A stretch of DNA of 64,000 nt, taken from the NCBI RefSeq assembly GCF_018350175.1, contig NC_058368.1, positions 47,432,001-47,496,000 of the forward strand, in the 5' to 3' direction. The notes below the pieces were generated by a model that had not been told where the DNA came from, did not search any database, and saw only the letters and a list, made by a program, of their open reading frames with translations. The stretch comes from Felis catus. Lineage: Eukaryota. Position 1 is the first letter of the stretch. Every line of letters begins with the position of its first letter. Of the stretch, positions 63,196-64,000 are shown piece after piece. The translations under genes were made by a program, and so were the position numbers.

Positions 63196-63900
63196 GTAAG
63201 AAAGTTTTTAAAAAGCAGCAATACCTATTTAGCCGTTAAAAGTAATTTCATTACCTGTTCGTGCATGTGATTGCAAGCTAAAATAAAGAAAGAAATTTTA
63301 AGTCAGTAATGGTAAGAATTTTTACATCCAGGCCAACCAAAAAAAAGTAGGTTATTTGATATGATACAATACACAAAATACAAAAAGTCAAAATTCAACG
63401 TTCATTCAACAAACTGTGCTGATGTAAGTGAGCCGTAAATGACAATGGAAGTTCTGTAAACTCCGCACCACTTAATATGCTTTCTGGATTAACCTTTCTT
63501 CATTTCCTCTGTAAAACACACTAATTCTTGTGGCCCATTTAACTCTGCAAGTTTAAATTATCTTCTGTTTTGCCTGCATACTTTCTCCCAGCTCAGTTGT
63601 GTACTTACTTACCAAGAGTCCATTGTGTTTACCATCAAATATGCCTATGATGGTTGTACTTACTACAGTTATATAATTTAATTAAGAATGATGTAACCAG
63701 TGAAAGATAAGCTGTTTCTGTGTAAACTATAAGGAATTCTTTGGGACAATTAATAAAAGTGAGTAATTTTAAAAAATAATCATCAAAGTAAATAAAAGCA
63801 AGACAGATTTAAAAGTTGGGAACAAAAATCGAATCCATAAAAAGCATCATCTCAGATTTCTTACCAAGTGTCTTTTAAGGTAAAGAAATTGAACTTGGCA

Positions 63901-64000
63901 GGGGCGCCTGGGTGGCTCAGTCGGTTGAACGTCCGACTTCGGCTCAGGTCATGATCTTGTGGTCTGTGAGTTCGAGCCCCACGTCGGGCTCTGTGCTGAC
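63901..64000 (+). mobile_element. Can-SINE (cut by the window end)
   Basis: Canonical head GGGGCGCCTGGGTGGCTCAG. Confidence 0.9.

Noticed and set aside
1..64000. tRNA genes, snoRNAs, CRISPR arrays or a prokaryote-type novel system
   Set aside because: The tRNA-like boxes are SINE heads; I could not support any snoRNA; the window is an ordinary intron-rich mammalian locus.

Overview
Mammalian nuclear DNA. The dense carnivore tRNA-derived SINEs (SINEC/Can-SINE, felid-like) and a felid-type L1 3' end point to a cat-family genome; the species cannot be determined from sequence alone. The window covers the conserved BORA-DIS3-PIBF1 locus. BORA (+) contributes coding exons 3-12 (numbered after the human orthologue; 489 codons in the window, stop at 25665-25667). 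DIS3 (-) is complete: 21 exons, 57083 to 29263, 2877 nt, 958 aa, catalytic residues intact. PIBF1 (+) contributes its first two coding exons and shares a CpG-island bidirectional promoter with DIS3. I found no evidence for a wholly new biological system. The main observations are: an intact, in-phase 68-nt alternative DIS3 exon 2 that removes a PIN catalytic residue; a GC-AG intron in DIS3; a premature TGA that truncates BORA, with the ancestral tail still readable; a 5-codon deletion next to the BORA degron; a palindromic bidirectional poly(A) signal between the convergent genes; a templated-insertion scar in a SINE; intronic hairpins; and inverted SINE pairs around catalytic exons. Comparisons to human proteins and repeat family names are from memory, not from a database search.
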